Source: a virus
Lineage: Duplodnaviria; Caudoviricetes
Direction: 5' to 3' (one strand)
Virus record (IMG/VR): IMGVR_UViG_3300030708_000785
Coordinates: 1-29,525 of that record
Length of the DNA: 29,525 nucleotides
Below the pieces are notes generated by a model that made no database searches, was not told the DNA's origin, and was given only the letters and a program-made list of their open reading frames with translations. Shown here piece after piece: positions 1 to 7,860 of the stretch. Each line of letters opens with the position of its first letter. Within the stretch, counting starts at the first letter, position 1. The position numbers were made by a program, and so were the translations under genes.

Positions 1-2
1 TT

Positions 3-707
3 CTACCTTTAAGGCAAGCCGGAATGCCTGAGTTCGCTATGCAACCTATAATGGAAAGGTTCGGACTATCTCCTGCCTTTGTAATTCTAGCAGAAAGACT
101 ACAGACGATTACGGAAGCAGATAGACTAGCTAGTAATGAGCTGCTACAGGAACAGATAATGTCTAGAAATATTAATACAGCTTTAGCGGAAGCTCAGTTA
201 GAGTTACAAAAAGCATTCTTACCTGGATTACTTAAATTGGCTAACTTAGTAAATGCCATTGTTTCAAGCCCTGTTGTAAAGTTTATAATGAAAGCGTTTT
301 CGGTTTTAATTGTAGGTCTTGCATCTATAGGTATAATACTAGGGACTATAGCTTTAGCAATTCTCGCATTAAAATTCATTTTTACCCCTTTCTTACTTGT
401 TCTTGGAGGTATAGGGGCTCTTATAGGTGCTGGTGTTAATTTAGCGCTGGACGGTAATGATGATAGAGAAGAGTTATTAGAAGAAACTAAAAAACAAAAC
501 GATATACTTTCGAATCAGAACCAACAAGTTGATTTGTTAGGTCAGTTAAATACTCAGATTATAGCAAGCCAAGCTATACAACAAGCTCAAGTAGATTTAC
601 TACAGCAGATAGAGCAGAAAGAAACTACAGTCAATGTAGGAGAAACTCTTTCAATTCACGATTCCTTTGTTCAACCAAACAGGGTAGCAGGGATGGGAGG
701 TAAATAA
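3..707 (+). CDS. Probable tail tape measure protein, C-terminal part (5'-truncated by window edge)
   Basis: Frame is open from nt 3, before the ATG at 24. Helical Gln/Leu/Ala-rich sequence with a long hydrophobic stretch (FSVLIVGLASIGIILGTIALAILALKFIFTPFLLVLGGIGALIGAG). Lies directly upstream of tube-initiator and LysM genes, the usual TMP position. Confidence 0.6.
   Translation, partial: LPLRQAGMPEFAMQPIMERFGLSPAFVILAERLQTITEADRLASNELLQEQIMSRNINTALAEAQLELQKAFLPGLLKLANLVNAIVSSPVVKFIMKAFSVLIVGLASIGIILGTIALAILALKFIFTPFLLVLGGIGALIGAGVNLALDGNDDREELLEETKKQNDILSNQNQQVDLLGQLNTQIIASQAIQQAQVDLLQQIEQKETTVNVGETLSIHDSFVQPNRVAGMGGK
696..701 (+). promoter_or_regulatory. Shine-Dalgarno site embedded in upstream CDS
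   Basis: GGAGGT 5 nt before the ATG at 707. Confidence 0.55.
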
Positions 708-1975
708 TGTCATTAAAAAGAGATTCAGTAACAGAATGGGCTAAGAGAAATGGAGACGCTATCGCTGCACATAGAAGCCAAGATGTAACATCTAGAAACA
801 ATGTTCCTAGAGCTTTCGGTCAAAGCGTCTTTGGTTTAGCTAGTCAAATACCTGCGTTTTCCGAATACACTAACAGCAAATACACTTTGGGTATTAGTCC
901 TGCAGCCGTATTAAATGGTAATTGGGATTCTATAGCGGATAGAGCTTTAAATGTAGCAGGGTCTTATCTTGGGGATTTTATAAATAAGTCCTTAACACCT
1001 GACTCTAGAAAATGGCTAGAAGACAAGGATTCTGATACATTGTTCGGGATGTATGAAGGTTATAGGCGTAATCAGAAACTTGAAGAAAAGGGTTATATAG
1101 GATTTTCTTATCCGGATGAAATTGCGAATGATTTAGTTATCGGGCAAAACATTAGTTACAAACCCTATTCAGATAATAGAACGGAAACTCATTCAGTATT
1201 TAAAGTACCTTTTTATGAAAACCCTACTATAAAAGAGTCCAGACAACCTACTTATGCAACACATCCTATCGTAGGTAGGAATGAACCTTATAGGCTTTGG
1301 ACTGGAGCTAAACCTGCAAAAGTTGACTTAAAGTTTAGGTTATTAATGCCTCATATGATGACTTTCGGAACAAAAAAGATGCAGGAACTTATACTGTCGT
1401 CAAAATTTGTAAAAAGTTTTGCCAGTCATTTACATACAGTAGTAAATAACGCAGATAATAATTCAACACCTGAAAGGGATAAGGATACAGGTTTATTTAA
1501 CGATTTACCTAACTCTTTATCAGACATTTCAGATAATATTCGTCTAGTATTTGGTCCTGGCGGAACCACTGGTGACCAATACCAATTCGCACATGATTTA
1601 TTAACGAAAGTTCAATATGATGATTTTCTCGCATCCAACGCAAGAGGTTTGGTAATTCAAAACTTAATGGCTATTATAGCAATGGTTAAAGGTAGCGTAA
1701 TAAGTACTACCATAGCCAATAGAAAATCCGATGTAAATTATTTTCCTGCTCCTGTAGCGTTTCTAACTTTCGGAGGCTTGTATAATGACGAACCTTTTAT
1801 TGTAACTAATTACAGCATGACTTTTGATGGGAAATTTGGCTATGAAGAGTTATCACTCCTTCCCCGTTCTATAGATATAAGTTTAACTTTAGAAAGTTAT
1901 AACCAGTTTAGCACTCAAACACCAGGAGTTACAGGTTTAGGAACATTACCTGGAAGATATGGAGGAAGAACGTAA
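707..1975 (+). CDS. Tail tube initiator / baseplate-tube junction protein (T4 gp48/gp54-, Afp7/Pvc7-like tube fold)
   Basis: Tube-initiator-type motifs PFYENPTIKESRQPTYATHPIVGRNEPYRLWTG...VDLKF and PAPVAFLTFG...FIVTNYSMTFD...LLPRSIDISLTLES. Position between TMP and LysM gene. Confidence 0.65.
   Translation: MSLKRDSVTEWAKRNGDAIAAHRSQDVTSRNNVPRAFGQSVFGLASQIPAFSEYTNSKYTLGISPAAVLNGNWDSIADRALNVAGSYLGDFINKSLTPDSRKWLEDKDSDTLFGMYEGYRRNQKLEEKGYIGFSYPDEIANDLVIGQNISYKPYSDNRTETHSVFKVPFYENPTIKESRQPTYATHPIVGRNEPYRLWTGAKPAKVDLKFRLLMPHMMTFGTKKMQELILSSKFVKSFASHLHTVVNNADNNSTPERDKDTGLFNDLPNSLSDISDNIRLVFGPGGTTGDQYQFAHDLLTKVQYDDFLASNARGLVIQNLMAIIAMVKGSVISTTIANRKSDVNYFPAPVAFLTFGGLYNDEPFIVTNYSMTFDGKFGYEELSLLPRSIDISLTLESYNQFSTQTPGVTGLGTLPGRYGGRT
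1961..1965 (+). promoter_or_regulatory. Shine-Dalgarno site embedded in upstream CDS
   Basis: GGAGG 9 nt before the ATG at 1975. Confidence 0.5.
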
Positions 1976-2274
1976 TGCCAATCTCCAATTCAAGATTTTC
2001 TAGATTTTCATTTAGCACTGTAAATCATAAAGGGTTTGAAGTAAAAAACTTACCATCAGCCCCTGGGTGGGAAAATATAGGAACTAGATTTAAAAATACT
2101 CCCTCTAATATAGCCATCATTCCAAATGGTATGGAAGGTAGACCTGATTTAATAGCCAATAAAGTATATGGAACTCCTCATTTATGGTGGGTCATTCTAG
2201 CTGCTAATGATATTATTGACCCTTTTGAAGAATTATTAGCAGGAAAAAAAATAAAACTTCCTATAATTGAGTAA
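1975..2274 (+). CDS. Baseplate LysM-like protein (T4 gp53 / P2 gpX-like)
   Basis: Signature EGRPDLIANKVYGTPHLWWVILAANDIIDPFEELLAGKKIKLP. Confidence 0.85.
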   Translation: MPISNSRFSRFSFSTVNHKGFEVKNLPSAPGWENIGTRFKNTPSNIAIIPNGMEGRPDLIANKVYGTPHLWWVILAANDIIDPFEELLAGKKIKLPIIE

Positions 2275-5216
2275 TGGCTAATCCGGATATTACTAAACAG
2301 CAAAGAACTCCATCTGTTAAATGTTTTGTGTATGGTAGCCATAGTTCTAGCGGTATTGAGTTAACAGATTTATCTGAACAGCTTCAGAGATTTAGTTACA
2401 CTTTATTAGATGGAGCTGGAGGAGATAATAGTTTTAAATACAAGATAGAGTTAGTTGATTTTGATGAAAGGTTTTGGAATCAAGTTAGGTCTTTATTTCA
2501 AATATCTACGGGACTTGCAAATGTAAAAAGCACCGAAGACATTATAGACTCTACTGTAGAGATACCTAGAATTGTACTTCAGTTTGGGTATAGGGAGAAA
2601 TTTTCATCTGTACATGTGGCTCAAATATCTAACATAGAATACATTTTTAGAAGTGAAAAAGAAAAAGTATTAATAATAGAAGCTGTTGACCTTAAAAATT
2701 ATGTCGGAGATTTGTTACTAGACACTGTACAACAGGTCACACTTCCAAATTTTAGTTTAGCTTCTCAAGGTACCACAGACCTTGTAGAAAATATACTAAG
2801 GACTGATATAAGACTAATAAACACAGATAATTTTGAACCTTATAAGTTTAGTGATATATTAGATGGTATCTTAACTAAGTTAAGCTCTACTGTTGTAGGA
2901 GTCCATTATGAAAATATGTTAAGTGAAGCAGATAAAGAATCTGTAGACAATAAATTCAATAGTTATGTACGGGAAAAATTAAAAAACTTAGAGGAGAGAA
3001 GACAGGTGACAACCACAACATCTCGAGGTGCCGCTGCAGGTGTAAGTGAGTCTAGAAGTGGAGGAACTTTATCTCAGAAGTTTTCTGAAGCTTTTACTAT
3101 TCATAATAATGCTTTAAAACAATTTCTAGGAGATACCTTTGAATTGTATAATGCTATAACTAGAGGAGATAACGATATATTTCTCCCTGTGGACGAATCT
3201 GTAAAGCAAGGAGGTATTCACGGATACCATACTGGATTTTTATCTCAAGACCAATTTACAAGCGTAGAACAAGTAAACCAATTAAACTCAGCAGTACAGT
3301 CTGACAAGACAGGAAAAGGTGTATTACATTGGAGGCTTCCTGAAGCTGTTGTTCCGTTTGACGATTTAGCGTTAATGCCATTATCTAATTCTGAGGCAGC
3401 TAGACTTGCAGATGGGAGTTATTTTCAATCCTTAATTGAAGCTCAAGACCCTGATTTCATTTCATCAAATGGGTTGACAGAAAATGATTTACGTAATTTT
3501 CAAGTTATTGAGGGTAGAGCAACTATATTAAATGCTTATACATACCCTAGCGCTGCTAGTGGGAAAGTAACAAAAGCACCTGTTGAACTTTTAACATTAT
3601 TCTCTGAAGAAAAAAATAGATTTGTAAATGTTACTGATGATGAATCTTTTTACTATGCATTTCTAAAACCTAGTACCCCCGCTGCAGACGGTAGAACATT
3701 AAAAGAAAATATCGACGACTTAGATACAAAAGTTAAGGAGATTGAAGTTCAAACCGAAATAAGTAAAACATATACTGATGATTTCTACGACAAATACAAA
3801 GATGAGTTAGAGTTAGAAGGTGGGGTAAGCACTGACAAAAGAAAATATGCATCTTTAAACGAGGAAGAAAAAATAGAAGTAGACTACTCTGAGATGCAGG
3901 GAGTATTTACGTCACAGGAAGGCATGGACCCCTTTAATCAAATGAGGGACATTTTGGATAATTATAACAATCAACTTGAAGAAACTGACAGTAGACTTAC
4001 TTTAGAGATTACTAACAACACTACACAAAGTTTTACAGGAACGGCACTAGCAGGAACTTCTGAAGTTAGCTTTGCAGCCGCTTCTGGATTCTTACAAGGT
4101 AAGAACTTCAACGATAAAAACCTTTGCCCTTTTGTAATTAATCTTAGGGCTGGAAATCCTAGCACGGATAAGTACCTTCTACCGGATGTCTCATCGTTCA
4201 ATATAGCGTATGATGTCGAAGAGTTTATACAGACATATAACGTAGAAGATAAGGAAAAAGAAAAGCAAAGAGAAGCATTCAAGATAACTAAACCTATAAC
4301 TTTTAATTACGGAGCTTCAAATTCTAAATATTCAGATGTTGTAACTTTTTTTAAATTTTCTGGAGATATGAGGCTTTTAGCTAATTTAGCAGTAGCAAGA
4401 AGAGATGTTACTAATATTATAAAAAATGCTTCAACCTTAAGTACTACGAACATAACTCAAAATATAATTCCATCCTTACAAAAAATATTAAACTCTACTG
4501 AGTTTTTAGAATTTATTGAAAAGAAAAAAGGAAAAGATAGAGAAAAGTGGGACGGTATTATAAAAGATTTAAATAATGTTATAGATTTATATTTAAGAAA
4601 CGAAACATATCACCAAATTATGAAAACTCCAGGAGCAGGTAGTTTGAAAAGCGTCTTAGCTGCAAAACAGGCTTTATTGTCCGGAATAGAATTTAATAAA
4701 GACTTTCAAAAAAGCATATTAACAGTTAGGAACACTTTAAATATATCAACTTTACCTTCTACTGTATTGCAGGACGGTTCTAAAGTAGATGAGCTTATAG
4801 TATTTCTGGAGTATCTTTCTAGTAGAACGTATTCTCATTTTTTAATATTTAATCCAGACCCAGAAGCACCTTACGTATACAAGGTACAGCAAGATTCCCC
4901 TTTTGATGTGTATGAAGGTGATACTTCCGATAATGACGCTAGAGAAAGAGCTTTTTTAGCGGAGTTTGTCGAAAACTCTCAAACTCCTTGGGAATTAAAA
5001 GTTAAAACTTTAGGTATTCCCGAAATGGACACAATAGCAGAAATAGTAACACCTAGAGCTGTATATCTTAAAGTTACTGATTTAAGTAGAAGTACCAGAG
5101 GGGATTATGGACCTAATTACCTAGATGGCGTTTACAGGATAATAGGTCTTAGTCACGTCTTAGATAGGACCGGATACACTTCCGAATTCACTCTACTTAA
5201 GGAGGTCAACAGATAA
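2274..5216 (+). CDS. Large baseplate hub protein (T4 gp27 / P2 gpD / VgrG N-terminal-like)
   Basis: N-terminal YKIELVD...IVLQFGY motif and C-terminal ELKVKTLGIPE...YLDGVYRIIGLSHVLDRTGYTSEFTLLK, typical of hub proteins. Sits between the LysM and spike genes. Confidence 0.7.
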   Translation: MANPDITKQQRTPSVKCFVYGSHSSSGIELTDLSEQLQRFSYTLLDGAGGDNSFKYKIELVDFDERFWNQVRSLFQISTGLANVKSTEDIIDSTVEIPRIVLQFGYREKFSSVHVAQISNIEYIFRSEKEKVLIIEAVDLKNYVGDLLLDTVQQVTLPNFSLASQGTTDLVENILRTDIRLINTDNFEPYKFSDILDGILTKLSSTVVGVHYENMLSEADKESVDNKFNSYVREKLKNLEERRQVTTTTSRGAAAGVSESRSGGTLSQKFSEAFTIHNNALKQFLGDTFELYNAITRGDNDIFLPVDESVKQGGIHGYHTGFLSQDQFTSVEQVNQLNSAVQSDKTGKGVLHWRLPEAVVPFDDLALMPLSNSEAARLADGSYFQSLIEAQDPDFISSNGLTENDLRNFQVIEGRATILNAYTYPSAASGKVTKAPVELLTLFSEEKNRFVNVTDDESFYYAFLKPSTPAADGRTLKENIDDLDTKVKEIEVQTEISKTYTDDFYDKYKDELELEGGVSTDKRKYASLNEEEKIEVDYSEMQGVFTSQEGMDPFNQMRDILDNYNNQLEETDSRLTLEITNNTTQSFTGTALAGTSEVSFAAASGFLQGKNFNDKNLCPFVINLRAGNPSTDKYLLPDVSSFNIAYDVEEFIQTYNVEDKEKEKQREAFKITKPITFNYGASNSKYSDVVTFFKFSGDMRLLANLAVARRDVTNIIKNASTLSTTNITQNIIPSLQKILNSTEFLEFIEKKKGKDREKWDGIIKDLNNVIDLYLRNETYHQIMKTPGAGSLKSVLAAKQALLSGIEFNKDFQKSILTVRNTLNISTLPSTVLQDGSKVDELIVFLEYLSSRTYSHFLIFNPDPEAPYVYKVQQDSPFDVYEGDTSDNDARERAFLAEFVENSQTPWELKVKTLGIPEMDTIAEIVTPRAVYLKVTDLSRSTRGDYGPNYLDGVYRIIGLSHVLDRTGYTSEFTLLKEVNR
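5199..5206 (+). promoter_or_regulatory. Strong Shine-Dalgarno site embedded in hub gene 3' end
   Basis: AAGGAGGT 9 nt before the ATG at 5216. Confidence 0.65.
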
Positions 5217-6109
5217 TGAACAACTCTCTATTTTTAGCATTCGTAGTAGACTACACAGACCCTACAAGAGCAGGTAATTTAAAAGTAATACCTTTAAGTA
5301 AAAGCCATGGGTCTAATGAAGTTCAAATAGCAAAATGTGCAACATCTTTTGGGGGAGCAGGTCATGGTATATTTGGACCCGTAACACCATCTTCAGTAGT
5401 TATATGTGGTGAAGTAGAAACGGACGCTAAAGAAACACCGACTAAAGAGTTATACTGGTTTGGAGTTGCTCACGGTGTAACAGCTACTCGTAACGATATC
5501 GGGGAGATAGCTATAGGAGACCTTTCAGATATTTCAGAAAAACAATCATTACCTACTGAAAGAGGTTCACTTTACAGTGACTCTGATTATCCGAAAAAGA
5601 CTATAATAAAAGATGTTATAGGCAATAGGTTAGTTCTTTCTGAGAGAGTTGATGAGCTTCCTAACAACGTTTTAAAACAGGAAGATTATGTCCTCCTTTC
5701 TACCTACGGAGAAAAAAGAATAAAATTAGATGAGGGCGTAGGAGAAGGAATGGATAGAATTCAAATCTCCGACGAAAAAGATAATCAAATAATAATACAG
5801 ACAGGAGACTCTGAAAGAGGCGGACCTGAGTCTATCCTTATAGAATGTAAAGGAAACATAGCCGTCAATAGTAAAAGCGGAGAGATTACCTTAGAGGTAG
5901 AAAAAGACAGTACGTCAAATATTAATATCATCAATAGTGGTAAGGGAGATGTTACTGTCCAGTGTAAGCAAGGGGATACTTATGTATCTTCTGAAGGTCT
6001 TATTAAAATAGACTCGACAGACGTAGAAGTTAATGCAAGTAATACTTTGGAGTTAAATGCAGAAACTTCCATGACCTTAAAAGCTCCACGAATTGATTTG
6101 AATCCATAA
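5216..6109 (+). CDS. Baseplate central spike (gp5 / P2 gpV / VgrG C-terminal-like; OB fold plus beta-helix, no lysozyme domain)
   Basis: OB-fold start AFVVDYTDPTRAGNLKV...FGGAGHGIFGPVTPSSVVIC, repeated short beta-strands (GNIAVNSKSGEITLEV, GDVTVQCKQGDTYVSS), C-terminal TLKAPRIDLNP. Followed by a PAAR gene. Confidence 0.8.
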   Translation: MNNSLFLAFVVDYTDPTRAGNLKVIPLSKSHGSNEVQIAKCATSFGGAGHGIFGPVTPSSVVICGEVETDAKETPTKELYWFGVAHGVTATRNDIGEIAIGDLSDISEKQSLPTERGSLYSDSDYPKKTIIKDVIGNRLVLSERVDELPNNVLKQEDYVLLSTYGEKRIKLDEGVGEGMDRIQISDEKDNQIIIQTGDSERGGPESILIECKGNIAVNSKSGEITLEVEKDSTSNINIINSGKGDVTVQCKQGDTYVSSEGLIKIDSTDVEVNASNTLELNAETSMTLKAPRIDLNP

Positions 6110-6945
6110 TGGTTTTTATAAGTACTACTTCTAATTATAATCCTGTAAGTAATTATTACAGTGACGATGCTACTATTAAATTATTTGGAATTCAAAATAA
6201 CGGAAATGATATAATTCACAATGAAGGGGCTAATATAAACTCCTTTGAAATAGTTATTGAAGGTATAGATGTTATACCCTCATTTGAAGGAGCTGAGTAC
6301 ACGTACTACGATGTCGATGATGTAACATTAGATGTGTCTGATATTGGAAGTAAAACCTCTTTAACTTTAGCATCTTTTGTAACTATCGAAGGTTATGATG
6401 CATTTAGAATTTCAGTCTCTGGCAAATTTGAATTAGGTTCTACTTTAGACATAAGGTATAGGCAAGGCTTGAATGAAGTAGAATCTGTAAACTCTTTGGA
6501 TGATGTTCCTGAGGACGCTAGTATTACTAGATTAATAAAACCATCAGGAAACTCTGAAACTTCATTTAATTTTACTGTAATAGCAAATAATGAAACAATT
6601 ACTTTTACAATTCCTATGGTGGTCAAACCAAAATATGGACAGGCTTTTAATGGTGGTCCCGTGTTATCAGCTTCCAGGTTAGGTGATAAAGGCACAGGAC
6701 ATGGAGGTTTTTCTCCCAGGTCTAGCACTGAAGCTTCAGAAACAGTTTTTATAAACGGGATTGGAGCACATAGAGAAGGTGACGCTTGGGGTACTCATAG
6801 TGATGGCAACACCTCTCATTCCAGCACTGCAGGTGGAGGTTCCAGCACAGTATATATAGAAGGGAAGCCTTTGGCTAGGGTGTCAGACCCAGTAGCCTGT
6901 GGCTCTAAAATAGCACAAGGTTCCGAGACCGTATTCTCAGGATAG
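6109..6945 (+). CDS. PAAR-domain spike tip (T4 gp5.4-like) with ~185-aa N-terminal extension
   Basis: C-terminal ~92 aa: SRLGDKGTGHGGFSPR...VFINGIGAHREGDAWGTH...SH...VYIEGKPLARVSDPVACGSKIAQGSETVFSG, with the His/His/His/Cys metal-site pattern. Confidence 0.85.
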   Translation: MVFISTTSNYNPVSNYYSDDATIKLFGIQNNGNDIIHNEGANINSFEIVIEGIDVIPSFEGAEYTYYDVDDVTLDVSDIGSKTSLTLASFVTIEGYDAFRISVSGKFELGSTLDIRYRQGLNEVESVNSLDDVPEDASITRLIKPSGNSETSFNFTVIANNETITFTIPMVVKPKYGQAFNGGPVLSASRLGDKGTGHGGFSPRSSTEASETVFINGIGAHREGDAWGTHSDGNTSHSSTAGGGSSTVYIEGKPLARVSDPVACGSKIAQGSETVFSG

Positions 6946-6949
6946 AAAC

Positions 6950-7435
6950 ATGATTGAAAAAAAATTCGCAGTATCATATGACCCTAGCGCAGTAGGGACT
7001 AGAACCTTCGTGTATGCAGTAAATCCTAACGCAGAGTACGCAATAGTAGAAACTTTGCAAATCGCCAACTCATCTGACTCAACTAGAGAGTTTGACGTGG
7101 GCTGGGTAGAGGATTCTAAAAAAGTGATAGACCAGGATACCTCTACCTATTTCGGAGACGGTACTATAAAAGTAGCAAAATATCTCTACGCTTCCGCTGT
7201 CCACATTATTCTAGAAGACGCTGTATTACCTACAGCCGCAGCCCTGAAAGTTATAGAATCTCCTTTATATCTTTCTAAGAGAGATGCTATAGCTGTAAGA
7301 CCTTCTAGTAGTGGTTCAGAAACTTCCTTTAAACCTCTTGTAGTTGTTACAGAGTATTATCTTGACGACGCAGACTCTTCAACATCAGTAAACTTAGATG
7401 ATGTTAATAACTTATTTTTACTAAAAGAATACTAA
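6950..7435 (+). CDS. Small beta-sandwich virion structural protein (hypothetical)
   Basis: Pattern TFVYAV...AIVETLQIAN...FDV...AVLPTAAALKVI..PLYLSKRDAIAV resembles small beta-rich structural proteins of aquatic phages. AGGA upstream. Confidence 0.45.
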   Translation: MIEKKFAVSYDPSAVGTRTFVYAVNPNAEYAIVETLQIANSSDSTREFDVGWVEDSKKVIDQDTSTYFGDGTIKVAKYLYASAVHIILEDAVLPTAAALKVIESPLYLSKRDAIAVRPSSSGSETSFKPLVVVTEYYLDDADSSTSVNLDDVNNLFLLKEY

Positions 7436-7860
7436 TGGCTTTCGAACTTCCACCTATTAAAGATTTAGGGATAAACGTACCTAGCTTCTCATTCGAGGAG
7501 TGTGCTGGTTTACCTTCTACAACTTTAACATCTTTGGCTAATAATATGGCATCCGTTCAATCAGAACTAAATGTTAAAAGCGCTCAGCTAAAAGCTAGAG
7601 CTAGAAAATTATCAGGCGATGCGTCTTTTACCAATCCAGAAGGAGGTAGAAACACCATCGAAACCTCCGTATCAATATCTAAGGTAAAAACATCAATGCA
7701 ATCTACCATCAACCCTGTTGCGAGCACCGGAAATGTCTTAAACAACATTTCAGAAACGGGAAGCAATCTACTAACCAACTCAACAAGCGCAGGGACTACT
7801 AATGAGGCTGTACAATCAGCCACATCAAAATTACAAGAACTTTCTAAAGGTATTTTATAA
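7435..7860 (+). CDS. Hypothetical Ser/Thr/Asn-rich, partly coiled-coil baseplate-associated protein
   Basis: Stop/start-coupled on both sides. Helical segment LANNMASVQSELNVKSAQLKARARKL. Confidence 0.55.
   Translation: MAFELPPIKDLGINVPSFSFEECAGLPSTTLTSLANNMASVQSELNVKSAQLKARARKLSGDASFTNPEGGRNTIETSVSISKVKTSMQSTINPVASTGNVLNNISETGSNLLTNSTSAGTTNEAVQSATSKLQELSKGIL

Noticed and set aside
6943-6955. Stop-codon reassignment or read-through at the single TAG stop
   Set aside because: Read-through gives only KHD then TGA and is out of frame with 6950. All genes are intact under the standard code.
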